Positions 23,601 to 32,780 of a stretch of DNA of 64,000 nucleotides are shown in pieces; the first letter of the stretch is position 1; each line of letters opens with the position of its first letter. The DNA comes from Callorhinchus milii (Eukaryota). Under the pieces are notes generated by a model. The model was not told where the DNA came from. It was given only the letters and a program-made list of their open reading frames with translations, and ran no database searches. The DNA is taken from assembly GCF_018977255.1 (NCBI RefSeq), contig NW_024704742.1, forward strand, positions 48,052,001 to 48,116,000, read 5' to 3'. The translations under genes and the position numbers were made by a program.

Positions 23601-26600
23601 AAGGGAATCGGTGTACTTCAAGTTCCTGTTTGGCTCTATTTGAAATGTTGTCATTTACAATGAAAGTGGGCCCTTGGATTGTTGTCTGAACTGCTGCTCA
23701 AGTGTCCTTTCAATAGGAATTTCTCGTAGACAATCATAAGTAAGGAGAGACGTGCAGATATGCTCTCTTTCTTGATGTCAGTTTCAGAGTTGTCGCTCTG
23801 CATCTTAATGTTAACTTTAGCTGAACAAATTAAAGAAACTGTTATCCTACTTGATAATTGAGCTTGTCTATTGCTTGTTTCAGTTTAAAAATATACAAAT
23901 GTATTTCTTTAGATGACAATTTATCTCTGGACTTAAAGTGTCAACTTGAGGGCGCGGAAGAAGAGGACCCTTCATCTTCCTTGAAGCAAGTAGCGAAAAC
24001 TAGTGGAAATCAAGGAAATAAGGCAATTGTTCAGCCATTTACTGCCAATCATAACGTGATGCAAGGCTTACCTTTTATGGACCATTGGGGCTCTCGGGCT
24101 CCTAGTGTCTCCTTAAGACACATCATGTCTGAGGAAATGAATTTCCAGGTGAAGCAAGACCAGGTATGTATGCATTTCAGTTTTGTTATGGGAATTATTT
24201 CAGTTGCCTGGAACTATGATTGGCAAGAACACAGTGAAAAGTGGAAGTGAATGGTGCTCTTTATATTATTCTTGGAGAAAAATGAAAGACCCTTCAAATA
24301 TCAGCGATTTTGTAGTCTGGGAATTGGGTGGAACATGCATCTTCTTTGCAAGATACTAGCCTAAAAATATAGTCATTTGTGTTAAGTTAAAAGACTATGT
24401 AACAGTAAATTCAATTCATATAGCGCCTTTCACATCGGAAAGATATCCCAAGGTGCTCGGACAGTTGAGGATTTACATCTGAGCTGGAGGTTTAATTTAG
24501 GAGTGGTGGGTGCCTTGGGCAGTGGGGTGGGAAAATAATCAAACATGCGGTGAAAGAGACTGGTCTTATGATGGACTTTGACGGAGAAGAGGAAAGGAGT
24601 GAGACGCAAGGACTACGGGATGGAGTTCCAGACCTACGGGGCAAAAATACTGAAAGCTTGACCCCGATGGTGGGGTGTGCAGGGTGGAGTACCTGATGCA
24701 GACTGGCGATGTGCAGCAGACCAAGGCCTGCCCAGCAGAGGGAGTGGGTGGGAAGGAAGGGTTTTAGAAGGTCACTGGGGAGGGGAAAGACCATGGAGGC
24801 ATTTAAAAGTGAGGACAAGTATCTTTAATTCAATCATATATAACATATTGCAGCTATTTTCATTATTTCTCTCTTGCAGTCCATTTTGAGTTCTCTCTTG
24901 CCCAAAAAAGACTGTGCATCAAAGTTGAAGGAGAAACAACTCTTTGACATGTTTCCAGGCATTGATAAGCACTTCATCATGGATATGTATAAAGATAACA
25001 AGTGAGTTTCATTCCAGAATGCCTAGGCTTTTGTTAGTTGTGGAAAATGCAACTTGGGGGGAGAATTTTTTTAATATCTTGCGCAGTATCATTTATTTTG
25101 TGTCAGCCCTCCATGTTCTTGTTCCTCTCTGCATTCAGCTTAGAATGGAATGCTCGTTCCCTCCCTGGAAAGATGCATCCTGCTTACCTGATTCTGAAAA
25201 GTGTTAGGTACAGGTTGGCAAAAGTCGAGGGTTGGAGCCTGAGGCTTGCAGGGTAATGGGATCTGAGTGGGAAAAGGCCCTACCCCCAATGACTGGTTTG
25301 CCTTTCTATGTCCTGCCAATGAGCCAGTCAGGTTGTCCTGTCAGCAGCAGTGCCCTGGAATACTGCGGACCCACCTAGGTCAGGAACTGGACTACTGAGA
25401 CCGCCACAGAGGGCTGGCTCAATTCTGACATTCGGTTGCCAAAGCTAGTTCAGGTTCAAGGAGACTTTGGCCTCTTCTTTTTCTCCCCCCGCCCCCCCCA
25501 AGGAGGATAAGGTGAGGAGATTGGTTGAGGAGATGCCTTACATAGTCAGATTGATTGTCACTTAATAAAAAAATTATTCCACCGTGCCTAATTTTAGTAC
25601 TTCCTCAATAAAACTTAAAATTATGTAAGACTATATTGTAATCTTCTATCTGCATTTAGTATGTCATTAGATGTGAAGTGTACTGAGAAGATAGATAGAG
25701 TCCTGTAGCTCAGTGGTTAGAGCACTTGCTTTGCAAGCGAGAGACCCGAGTTCAATTCCCGGCAGAGGGCGAAACCTTGGGCAAGTTTCCTTACTCCACA
25801 CAGAGCCTAATAATAATCCCTCCAAAACAAAACAATAATAAATTGGTCATTTTCAATCTACGACTGTTTGTGGGACATTGCTGTGCGCAATTGGCTGCCG
25901 CGTTCGCCCACAAATATACAGTCAATTCACTTTACAGTGTGTGTGTTCTGTGAAGCGCTTTGGGATGTCCTCCCGACGTGAAAAGCGCTATGTCAAATGC
26001 AAGGATTATTATTATAAGTGTACTGAGAAGATAGATAAGAGTCCTGTAGCTCAGTGGTTAGAGCACTTGCTTTGCAAGTGAGAGACCTGAGTTCAATTCC
26101 AGGCAGAGCGAAACCTTGGGCAAGTTTCCTTACTCCACACAGAGCCTAATAATAATCCCTCCAAAACCAAAAACAATAATAAATTGGTCATTTTTAATCT
26201 ACAACTGTTTGTGGGATACATTGCTGTGTGCAATTGGCTGCCGCGTTCGCCCACAAATATACAGTTAATTCACTTTACAGTGTGTTCTGTGAAGCGCTTT
26301 GAGACGTCCTCCCGACCTGAAAAGCGCTATATCAAATGCAAGGATTATTATTATAAACTATTGACATTAAGTAACAAGGCAAAGAAATGCCATTTACTGT
26401 AATTAATGTTCTTTGTAGTTCTTATTCATGACAAAAAGAATGAGCTTGAAAAAAAATAATTTTGTTTTTTCCATTAGTTATTCTTTCAATCAGACAGAAC
26501 AATTTCTGAATTCAGTGCTTGACTGTGATCCATACCCACCAAGAACTGTTGTAGCTCAGGATAGTTCCTCTCAAAATGAACAGAGTGCTGAGAGGAACAA

Positions 26601-29328
26601 GCTTAAGGTGAGCAGTTGGTTGAAATATCTTAAAACATATGAAAAATTCAGAGTCGCTAAATTGAAGGTCAAATTGCTCTTTGATGATTTAATTAACAAA
26701 CTATAAAAAATGATCAGAATTTTGTACTTTTTAAGGCTTGCACACTTTTCTGATAACTGATAGTAAGATATATAACACATTGACTTTCTGAGGACAAAGT
26801 GCAATGTGGTGGACATAAAAATTGTTGTGGAAAACAAAGCACCATCCACTACCATCTGCACCAATTAGGATCATTGTAGTTATGAAAACACTGAAAGTAA
26901 TGGATCATCACACAGAATGCAAATTAACTATAGTGCTTAACCATACTGTTAATGATATACTGAACATGGTTATTATGAATTTATTATGAACTGCTACACC
27001 AAACTACTGGAATATGTGTGGTTTATTTTCTGTACCAGCTGATAGAGAACCAAGAGAGAATAGTTGTGAAGAGCAAAAGATCAATGATTCTAAATGAGAT
27101 GTCCAATGATGGGATTTCTTATGTTGTTTAGCATTAGGCATCATGCAGATGTCTCATCCGTTATATGCTGCACCATGACCAAAACAAGGGATTGATTTTG
27201 TTTGTGGATTTATTGCTGCAGCTAATTCAATTATGGTTTCCCTTTTGCATTTGTTTAAGATAAAGGCGACTAAGGAAAAAAAGGTGGTACAAAATGAATA
27301 CCTGTTCCAGGATATCGAGTACCCAGATTATGTAGATTTCAGGGCTGAAGCGTCTGTGCATCGTCGCAAGCAACAGGAATGTTTCAGTAAGGCAGCGGAA
27401 GCCCATCAAAGGGGTCTGAAGGAAGTGGCAACACATTATGCACAGCAGGTAAGGACTCTTAAGAAGTAGCGGTGACCCAAGAAAGCTGGTAAACGTTTCT
27501 CCTGGATTAGTCTTGTTGACAGTTTAGTACCAATTTTTGTGCGTGTGAGGAGCTGTTACATCTCGAAGACGTGGTAAGGCGCTATATCAAATGCAAAGAT
27601 TATTATTACACAGGTCACCTAATAATACCCTTGGTAATTTGGAGATGTTCTAAGTGAGCCGACAGAATCTATCACACGTTTTCACTATCGTTCTAGTGTT
27701 CTACTTGATTGTAATTCATTCTTACAATGAAATGTCAATCGGAGAAACAATTTTTGATAATTTCTATGAGCTTTTGTGGTGATGGGCTGTTTTGTGCACT
27801 TCAAAATACTGTTTTACTCTGATTGTTCTGTAATATAACCATCTATGTTTAAAGGGCCACCTTCATGGAGAGAAGATGAAAGAAGCTAATCACAGAGCTG
27901 CTGTACGAATCTTTGATCAAGTGAATGCATCACTACTTCCAAACAATGTTTTAGATCTGCATGGACTTCATGTGAACGAAGCCTTGTACCACCTGAAAAA
28001 TGTGCTGCTTGAGAAGCTTCATGGTAGGTTGATGGTATTGAGTAAGGTTAAAGGAATCCAGAGTCAGCCTGGAAAGAGGGAAGCTCTGCCATTCTCCTTT
28101 TTGAACACGTGTACTGTCTTTTCATAGTCAGTCCAGTTGTAAACAACCAATTACAATTGTAAAGCACCTTTCACATAGGCAAAATCTCAAAGTGCCTTAT
28201 AAAGACTGGGTGGGAGATTAGTGGATATGGAAGGTGGTTGGAGATGCAGTCAATTAGAGAGGTTTTTAATTGGGTTTTGAAAGTGGAGAAGGAGGGAGCA
28301 TGTTGAAGGGATTTCAGAAAAGAGTTTCAAAGAGTGGGAGAGAAGTTGTTGAAAGCTCGCCTACTGATGGTAAGCTGGTATTGACAGGGACCTGAAGCAG
28401 GACAGTATTGGTGGAAGGGGGGATCTGGGTGCTGTCCTCAACACTGCAAGCCAAACTCTAATATGTAAGGGTCCTAGCTATCCATGGAGTAGTCTGTGCA
28501 ATGTAGCAACATTAATTGTCATTTGCAGTTCACATGCTTGCCAGATTTATACAGTGTGCCCTTGGAGCAATGTTATTTAAAATGCTTATACTCTTGATCC
28601 TCTAACTGGTTGCATAGCATTTTGTATGTAAAGTAAAACCCATTTTTGAATAAACGTGTGGAGCTTTGATGAGCTGTGAATGGTCTATTTATGCCCTTCA
28701 AATTTAATGCATATTTACTTCCATGGTATATGCCTTAACTGTTACTAATTCTTTCAGAACACCAGCAAAAAGGCGGTAAATCTTTTTTGTCTGTTATAAC
28801 TGGAAGAGGAAACCACAGTCAAGGTGGAGTAGCACGTCTTAAACCAGCAGTCATTGAGTACCTCAACAGCCAGAATTTCAGGTAACGTTATTGCACTGTA
28901 TTCATTAACTCTTGTTTGATAGTTATCTAAGAAATGAGTTGTGTTACACACCCTGCAAAAGTATTTTTTGATACATCTTTCCTCCTGCTTTGGTGAGAGT
29001 ATGATTCAATCTGTGTTACTCAGCTGTGGCGACATGGGATGCTAAATCGTTCCTAAATCGTTTGGAAAGGGAAAAGCAGACAGGATTCTTGATATTTATG
29101 GGCTCTTCATCACCCCTTATCTGTAGTGTGCATGTATGGCATCCAGGTGAGAATTCTATCTTGGCTGTGACACCATCTACAGCCGAGCTGCCTGGTGACA
29201 TTCAGTAGATTACACAAAGTTGTCAGAGGTGGGAGAGATAAAACTATTTCTAATAATGGCTTACTTTCTTACTTTGTTGCAGGTTCAAGGAGCCACAGCC
29301 AGGCGTTATCCATGTTTTGCTGAAATGA
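2351..29328 (+). CDS. N4BP2: NEDD4-binding protein 2 (CUE, P-loop kinase, DUF1771, Smr nuclease); 16 coding exons, 5730 nt, 1909 aa
   Basis: join(2351-2624,6306-7857,8858-8982,11076-11164,11628-11704,13088-13237,16532-18831,19174-19259,21191-21236,23913-24163,24880-25001,26478-26607,27260-27448,27855-28023,28758-28881,29283-29328). All introns GT-AG with consistent phases. Motifs: MPRKK start, [61 protein letters not shown]. Confidence 0.96.
2671..4846. repeat. ~2.2-kb C-rich satellite (C3-12-AG and CCAG units) in intron 1
   Basis: Directly visible; + strand almost devoid of T. Confidence 0.97.
5171..5415 (-). mobile_element. tRNA-derived SINE, short form, head truncated
   Basis: Reverse complement matches the copy at 49420-49733. 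Confidence 0.88.
6306..7857 (+). CDS. N4BP2: N4BP2 coding exon 2 (end of CUE, long linker, Walker A)
   Basis: ttctccAG acceptor; ADDAMDSLL...[21 protein letters not shown] donor, phase 2. Confidence 0.95.
8858..8982 (+). CDS. N4BP2: N4BP2 coding exon 3 (kinase domain)
   Basis: [18 protein letters not shown]...[15 protein letters not shown] donor. Confidence 0.95.
10388..10710 (+). mobile_element. L2 3' fragment
   Basis: Homologous to the 3' end of the 13246-16321 element; tail gtgaaaggcgctatacaaat...ttgttgtt. Confidence 0.85.
11076..11164 (+). CDS. N4BP2: N4BP2 coding exon 4 (kinase domain)
   Basis: tttc[38 protein letters not shown] donor. Confidence 0.95.
11628..11704 (+). CDS. N4BP2: N4BP2 coding exon 5
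   Basis: ttctgc[33 protein letters not shown] donor. Confidence 0.95.
13088..13237 (+). CDS. N4BP2: N4BP2 coding exon 6
   Basis: ttttt[21 protein letters not shown]...; GTAAGT donor at 13238. Confidence 0.93.
13246..16321 (+). mobile_element. L2-clade LINE with nearly complete but disrupted ORF2 (APE endonuclease + RT)
   Basis: ALTETWL, GGGVA, GDFNLH, LDLV (endonuclease); [30 protein letters not shown] (RT); frameshifts ~14290 and ~15390, stop at 15060; (GTT)n tail; flanked by AGTGA. Confidence 0.95.
16532..18831 (+). CDS. N4BP2: N4BP2 coding exon 7 (2.3-kb exon with CUE-like segment)
   Basis: tttgcAG; ORF 16512-18848 with [53 protein letters not shown] donor. Confidence 0.95.
19174..19259 (+). 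CDS. N4BP2: N4BP2 coding exon 8
   Basis: ttttc[31 protein letters not shown] donor. Confidence 0.93.
19310..19655 (+). mobile_element. Deu-domain SINE, degraded
   Basis: ggaggtgccgccctttgggtgagatgttaaac...gtgcaaattggctgc, recalled Deu-domain-like core. Confidence 0.7.
20204..20340. repeat. 35-bp minisatellite, ~4 copies
   Basis: cacagtgaggtgggggYgagctctaggacaggctg at 20204, 20239, 20274, 20309. Confidence 0.95.
20500..21085. repeat. Unclassified interspersed repeat, longest copy
   Basis: Homologous segments at ~12510-12620, ~19770-19925, ~44070-44200 (same orientation) and ~25140-25510 (inverted). Confidence 0.75.
21191..21236 (+). CDS. N4BP2: N4BP2 coding exon 9
   Basis: ttttcc[23 protein letters not shown] donor; phase 0 to 1 fits its neighbours. 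Confidence 0.88.
22545..23167 (+). mobile_element. L2 3' fragment, second subfamily
   Basis: [18 protein letters not shown] coding; tail gagatgccgtccggcatggagggcgctatataaa...(gtt)n; closely matches 43000-43617. Confidence 0.9.
23913..24163 (+). CDS. N4BP2: N4BP2 coding exon 10
   Basis: ctttAG; ...[22 protein letters not shown]...; GTATGT donor (alternative in-frame donor after 24148). Confidence 0.9.
24880..25001 (+). CDS. N4BP2: N4BP2 coding exon 11 (CUE-like)
   Basis: cttgc[39 protein letters not shown] donor. Confidence 0.93.
25140..25510. repeat. Inverted copy of the unclassified repeat at 20500-21085
   Basis: catcctgcttacctgatt and tgccctggaatactgc...ggctggctcaattctgaca are reverse complements of segments near 20950 and 20600-20670. 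Confidence 0.75.
25698..26355 (+). mobile_element. Two tandem full-length tRNA-derived SINEs (25698-26015, 26039-26355)
   Basis: A box tagctcagtggttagagc, B box gttcaattcc, Deu-like 3' core, L2-type tail and (ATT)n. Confidence 0.93.
26478..26607 (+). CDS. N4BP2: N4BP2 coding exon 12
   Basis: ccatt[16 protein letters not shown]...RTVVAQ; GTGAGC donor. Confidence 0.92.
27260..27448 (+). CDS. N4BP2: N4BP2 coding exon 13 (DUF1771)
   Basis: [16 protein letters not shown]...[10 protein letters not shown]...HYAQQ; GTAAGG donor; exon could start at 27260 or 27266. Confidence 0.92.
27855..28023 (+). CDS. N4BP2: N4BP2 coding exon 14 (DUF1771/Smr)
   Basis: [16 protein letters not shown]...[17 protein letters not shown] donor. 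Confidence 0.95.
28758..28881 (+). CDS. N4BP2: N4BP2 coding exon 15 (Smr)
   Basis: ctttc[34 protein letters not shown] donor. Confidence 0.95.
29283..29328 (+). CDS. N4BP2: N4BP2 terminal coding exon 16
   Basis: gttgc[16 protein letters not shown] then TGA at 29326-29328. Confidence 0.93.
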
Positions 29329-29818
29329 AAGCTATTTTAGCTGGACTGTTATTTCCTCACAGTGTTCAAACATCTTTGTACTCTCATGCATTCAAGGACA
29401 TTTTTTTAAAAAGACAAAACTCAGGGAAACAATTAGAACTAATGCAGTGAAGCCTCTTAAGTGATTTTATAATGAAATGTTTAAAAATGTATCAGTTGTT
29501 TTAATACAGGAATTAAACTGAATGTCTATCCTGCTAAAACAATGTTCTTTTGCAAGGAAGGCTAATCCTAATTAATCTTATTTATTTTAAACCTCTCTGC
29601 TTGTTTCTATTAGTGTTATAATATTTTAGGAGAAGAGATTAGGGGTTGCCCATTCAAATTCTATTTTCATTCAAATTCTGTGAAATCCCTTCATGTTGCC
29701 AAGCAGCAATTTGTTCCCAGGTTGTATTAAGGCTTTTTTGCTATGTATTATTCTTGAATACACTTCTTGGTTTACTGCAAAATATTTATCTATTTACAAA
29801 AAACTTGTCAATGGTAAA

Positions 29819-32315
29819 AATCATAGAATCATACAGCACAGAAAGAGGCTGTTCGGCCCATCGTGTCTGCGCTGGCTCTGAGAAGAGCAATCCATCTCAA
29901 TCCCACTGGACTGCTTTCTCTCCATAGCTCTGCAAATTAGCCTCCCCAAATTACTCATCTACTTCTCTCTTAAAAGTTGTTATTGAATCGGCTTCCACTA
30001 CCCTTTCAAGTAATGCATTCCAGATCCGAACAACTCACTGGTGAAAACATTTTCCTAACCTCCCCTCTGTTTTAACAACTAACTTAAATCGGTGTCCTTG
30101 GATTACTGACCCACATGCCAGTGGATACAGTTTTTCTCGGTTCAACCTATCATTTCCTCTCATGATCTTAAAAACATTTATTAAATCCCCTCTTATTCTT
30201 CTCTGCTCTCGGAAGAATAATCCTAGTTTCGTTAACCTCTCCTCATAACTAAGGTCCTTCATTCCTTTGCACCCTCTCCAGTGCCCTGATATCTTTCCTG
30301 AAGTGCAGTGCCTAGAACTGAACGCAGTACTCCCAACTGAGGCCTAACCAGCATTTTATAAATATTCAACATAACCTCCTGACTTGAATTCTATGCCCCT
30401 ATTTATAAAACCTAATATCCCGTATGCTTTTTTTAACAACTTTATCTATCTGTCCTGTCACCTTCAGAGATTTGCTTATGTGGACCCATAGGTCTCTGTT
30501 CATTTGCCCCCTTTAAGATTGTACCATCTAGCTTATACTGCCTCCTCATTCTTCCTACCAAAATGCAACACTTTGCATTTCTCCACATTAAACCCCATCT
30601 TCCACGTCTCTGCTCATTTTACCTGTCTAAGTCCTCTTGGAGTCTGGTGCTATCCTCCTCACCATTAACTACTTTTCATAGCTTAGTATCGTCTGCAGAT
30701 TTGGAAATTGTGCTCCCTATATCCAGGTCCAGATCATTAATATAGATCAGAAAGAGCAGTTGTCCCAATACCTGAGGGACACTACTACACACCTCCCGCC
30801 AGTCAGAAAAGCAACCTTTACTACCACTCTCTGCTTTCTGTCTCCTAGCGAGTTCTGGATCCATGTTGCCACAGTCCCTTTAATAACATGGGCTTCTATT
30901 TTGCTTATAAGTCTTATGTGGCACATTGTTAAATACCTTTGGAAAATCTAGATAAACTACGTCTACTGCACTACCTTCATCCACCCTCTGTCACTTCATC
31001 AAAAAATTCAGTTAGGTTTGTCAGACATGATCTGCCTTTAACAAATCCTTGTTGACTGTTGTTTATTAAACTATATTTTTCGAAGTGAGAATTTATATTG
31101 TCCCAGATTAGTCTTCAGAAGTTTCCCTACTATTAATGTTAGGCTGATTGGCCTGTAGTTCTCAGGTTTATCCTTCTGCCCCTTTTTGTGCAGGGGAATA
31201 ACATTTGCAACCTTCCAGTCCTCTGGTACCACTCCTACCAAAGAGGATTGAAAGATTGTAGCCAGAGCCTCCGCTATTTCCACCCTTGCTTCCCTCGGTA
31301 ACCTAGGTTGCATCCTGTCTGGACCAGGTGACTTATCTATGTTGAGCACTGAGAGCCTTTTTAGTACCTCCTCCCCGTTGATTTTTATCATATTCAATTT
31401 CTGTTCACACGTCTGCGATATTGTGGCATTGGTTGCATAGTCTTGTGAAGAGAGTTGCAAAATACTTAATTAGTACATCAGCCATGTCCTCTGCCTCAAC
31501 AAGGAGATTTTGACTAGGGTCCCTAATTGGACCCACCCTATCTTTGACTAACCTTTTACTCTTGATATGCTTATAAAATATCTTAGGGTTCCCTTTTATG
31601 TTTCATGCTAATCTTTTCTCATACAATCTCTTCACCCCTCTTGTTTCCCTTTTCATTTCTTCTCTGTACTTCCTATATTCTAATTGATTATCCTGTGTGT
31701 TTTGGACCTGACATTTGTCATAAGCCTCCTTTTTCTGTTTTATTCCCAATTTCCTTAGTCATCCAGGGAGGTTTGACCGTCCTACCTTTCTCCTTTGTGG
31801 GAATGTATTTGCTCTGTTTCCGAACTATCTCCTCCTTGAAGGCTTCCCATTGTTCATTTGCTGTCTTACCTGTCAACCTTTCCAGTCTATCTTGACCAGG
31901 TCCCTTTTTAGCTCACTGAAATTAACCTGCTTCCAACTGAGGGTCTTTACCCTTGATTGATTGTTGTCCTTTTCCATAACTATGCTAAACCTAATAATAT
32001 TGTGATCACTGTTATCTAGCTGCTCACCTACTGCCTGCTCTTTTTTTGTTCCATGTCGGATGGTCACCCACTCACCCTTCTTCTGAGCTCTCTGTTTAGC
32101 TGGGGTGACCACCTCCTGAACTCTCTGTGGCTGTGGAGTGACCACCTCCTGAAAAGTTCAATCCATAAATTCTTCAGCTCTGGTTTAAACGCTTCTCCGC
32201 AGCATTTGTTGTCTTTGTTGCAATAACATTGGTCCCAGTCCTGCTCAGGTGTACCCATCCCTCGTGTACAGGTCCCATCTGCTCCAGAGGTTTAGAAACC
32301 TGAAGCCCTCCTTCC
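29819..32315 (-). mobile_element. CR1-clade LINE, decayed and rearranged
   Basis: 3' end ...gatgggccgaacagcctctttctgtgctgtatgattctatga; DLSYEERL, SADDTKL, KSPGPD, NYRPISLT, SDHNIIRF; ORF1-like pieces at 32020-32315. Confidence 0.9.
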
Positions 32316-32409
32316 CACTTTTCTCGCCTCCCCTAATTTTGATTTTTCTGATTTTTTTTTTCCTTCTAATGGGGTATAATTCATGCTTACCTGGAATCGG
32401 ACCAAACTC

Positions 32410-32780
32410 TGTATCTCCACTGGCACCCCTTCACTGAACGGATCAATTTCAAGATCCTCACACTTGTTTTCAAATCCGTTCACTCCATGGCACCTCCCTA
32501 TCTCTCCGACCTCCTCACTCCCTATTCACCACCCAGTGCCTCCTGCTCGTCCCTCGCACCCTCCGCTCCACATTGTAGGTAGCGGTTTCAGCCACTACGC
32601 CCTGAAACTGTGGAACACTCTCCCTCAATCCTTCTGCCTTGCCCCCTCTCCCTTTTCAAGTCCTGTATGAAAACCTTCCTTATCGATCGTGCTTATGGTC
32701 ACCTGACCCCAACCCGGCTCGGAGTCAGGCTCAGCCACTGTTAAGCGCTCTGATATGCTATAATAAGTGCAAGTTGTTGT
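32410..32780 (+). mobile_element. L2 3' fragment
   Basis: ctccactggc...atcaatttcaagatcctca...aagcgctctga...gttgttg. Confidence 0.8.

Noticed and set aside
25698..25770. tRNA-like sequences (also at 26039, 35937, 49420)
   Set aside because: They are SINE heads running directly into SINE core and tail, not stand-alone tRNA genes
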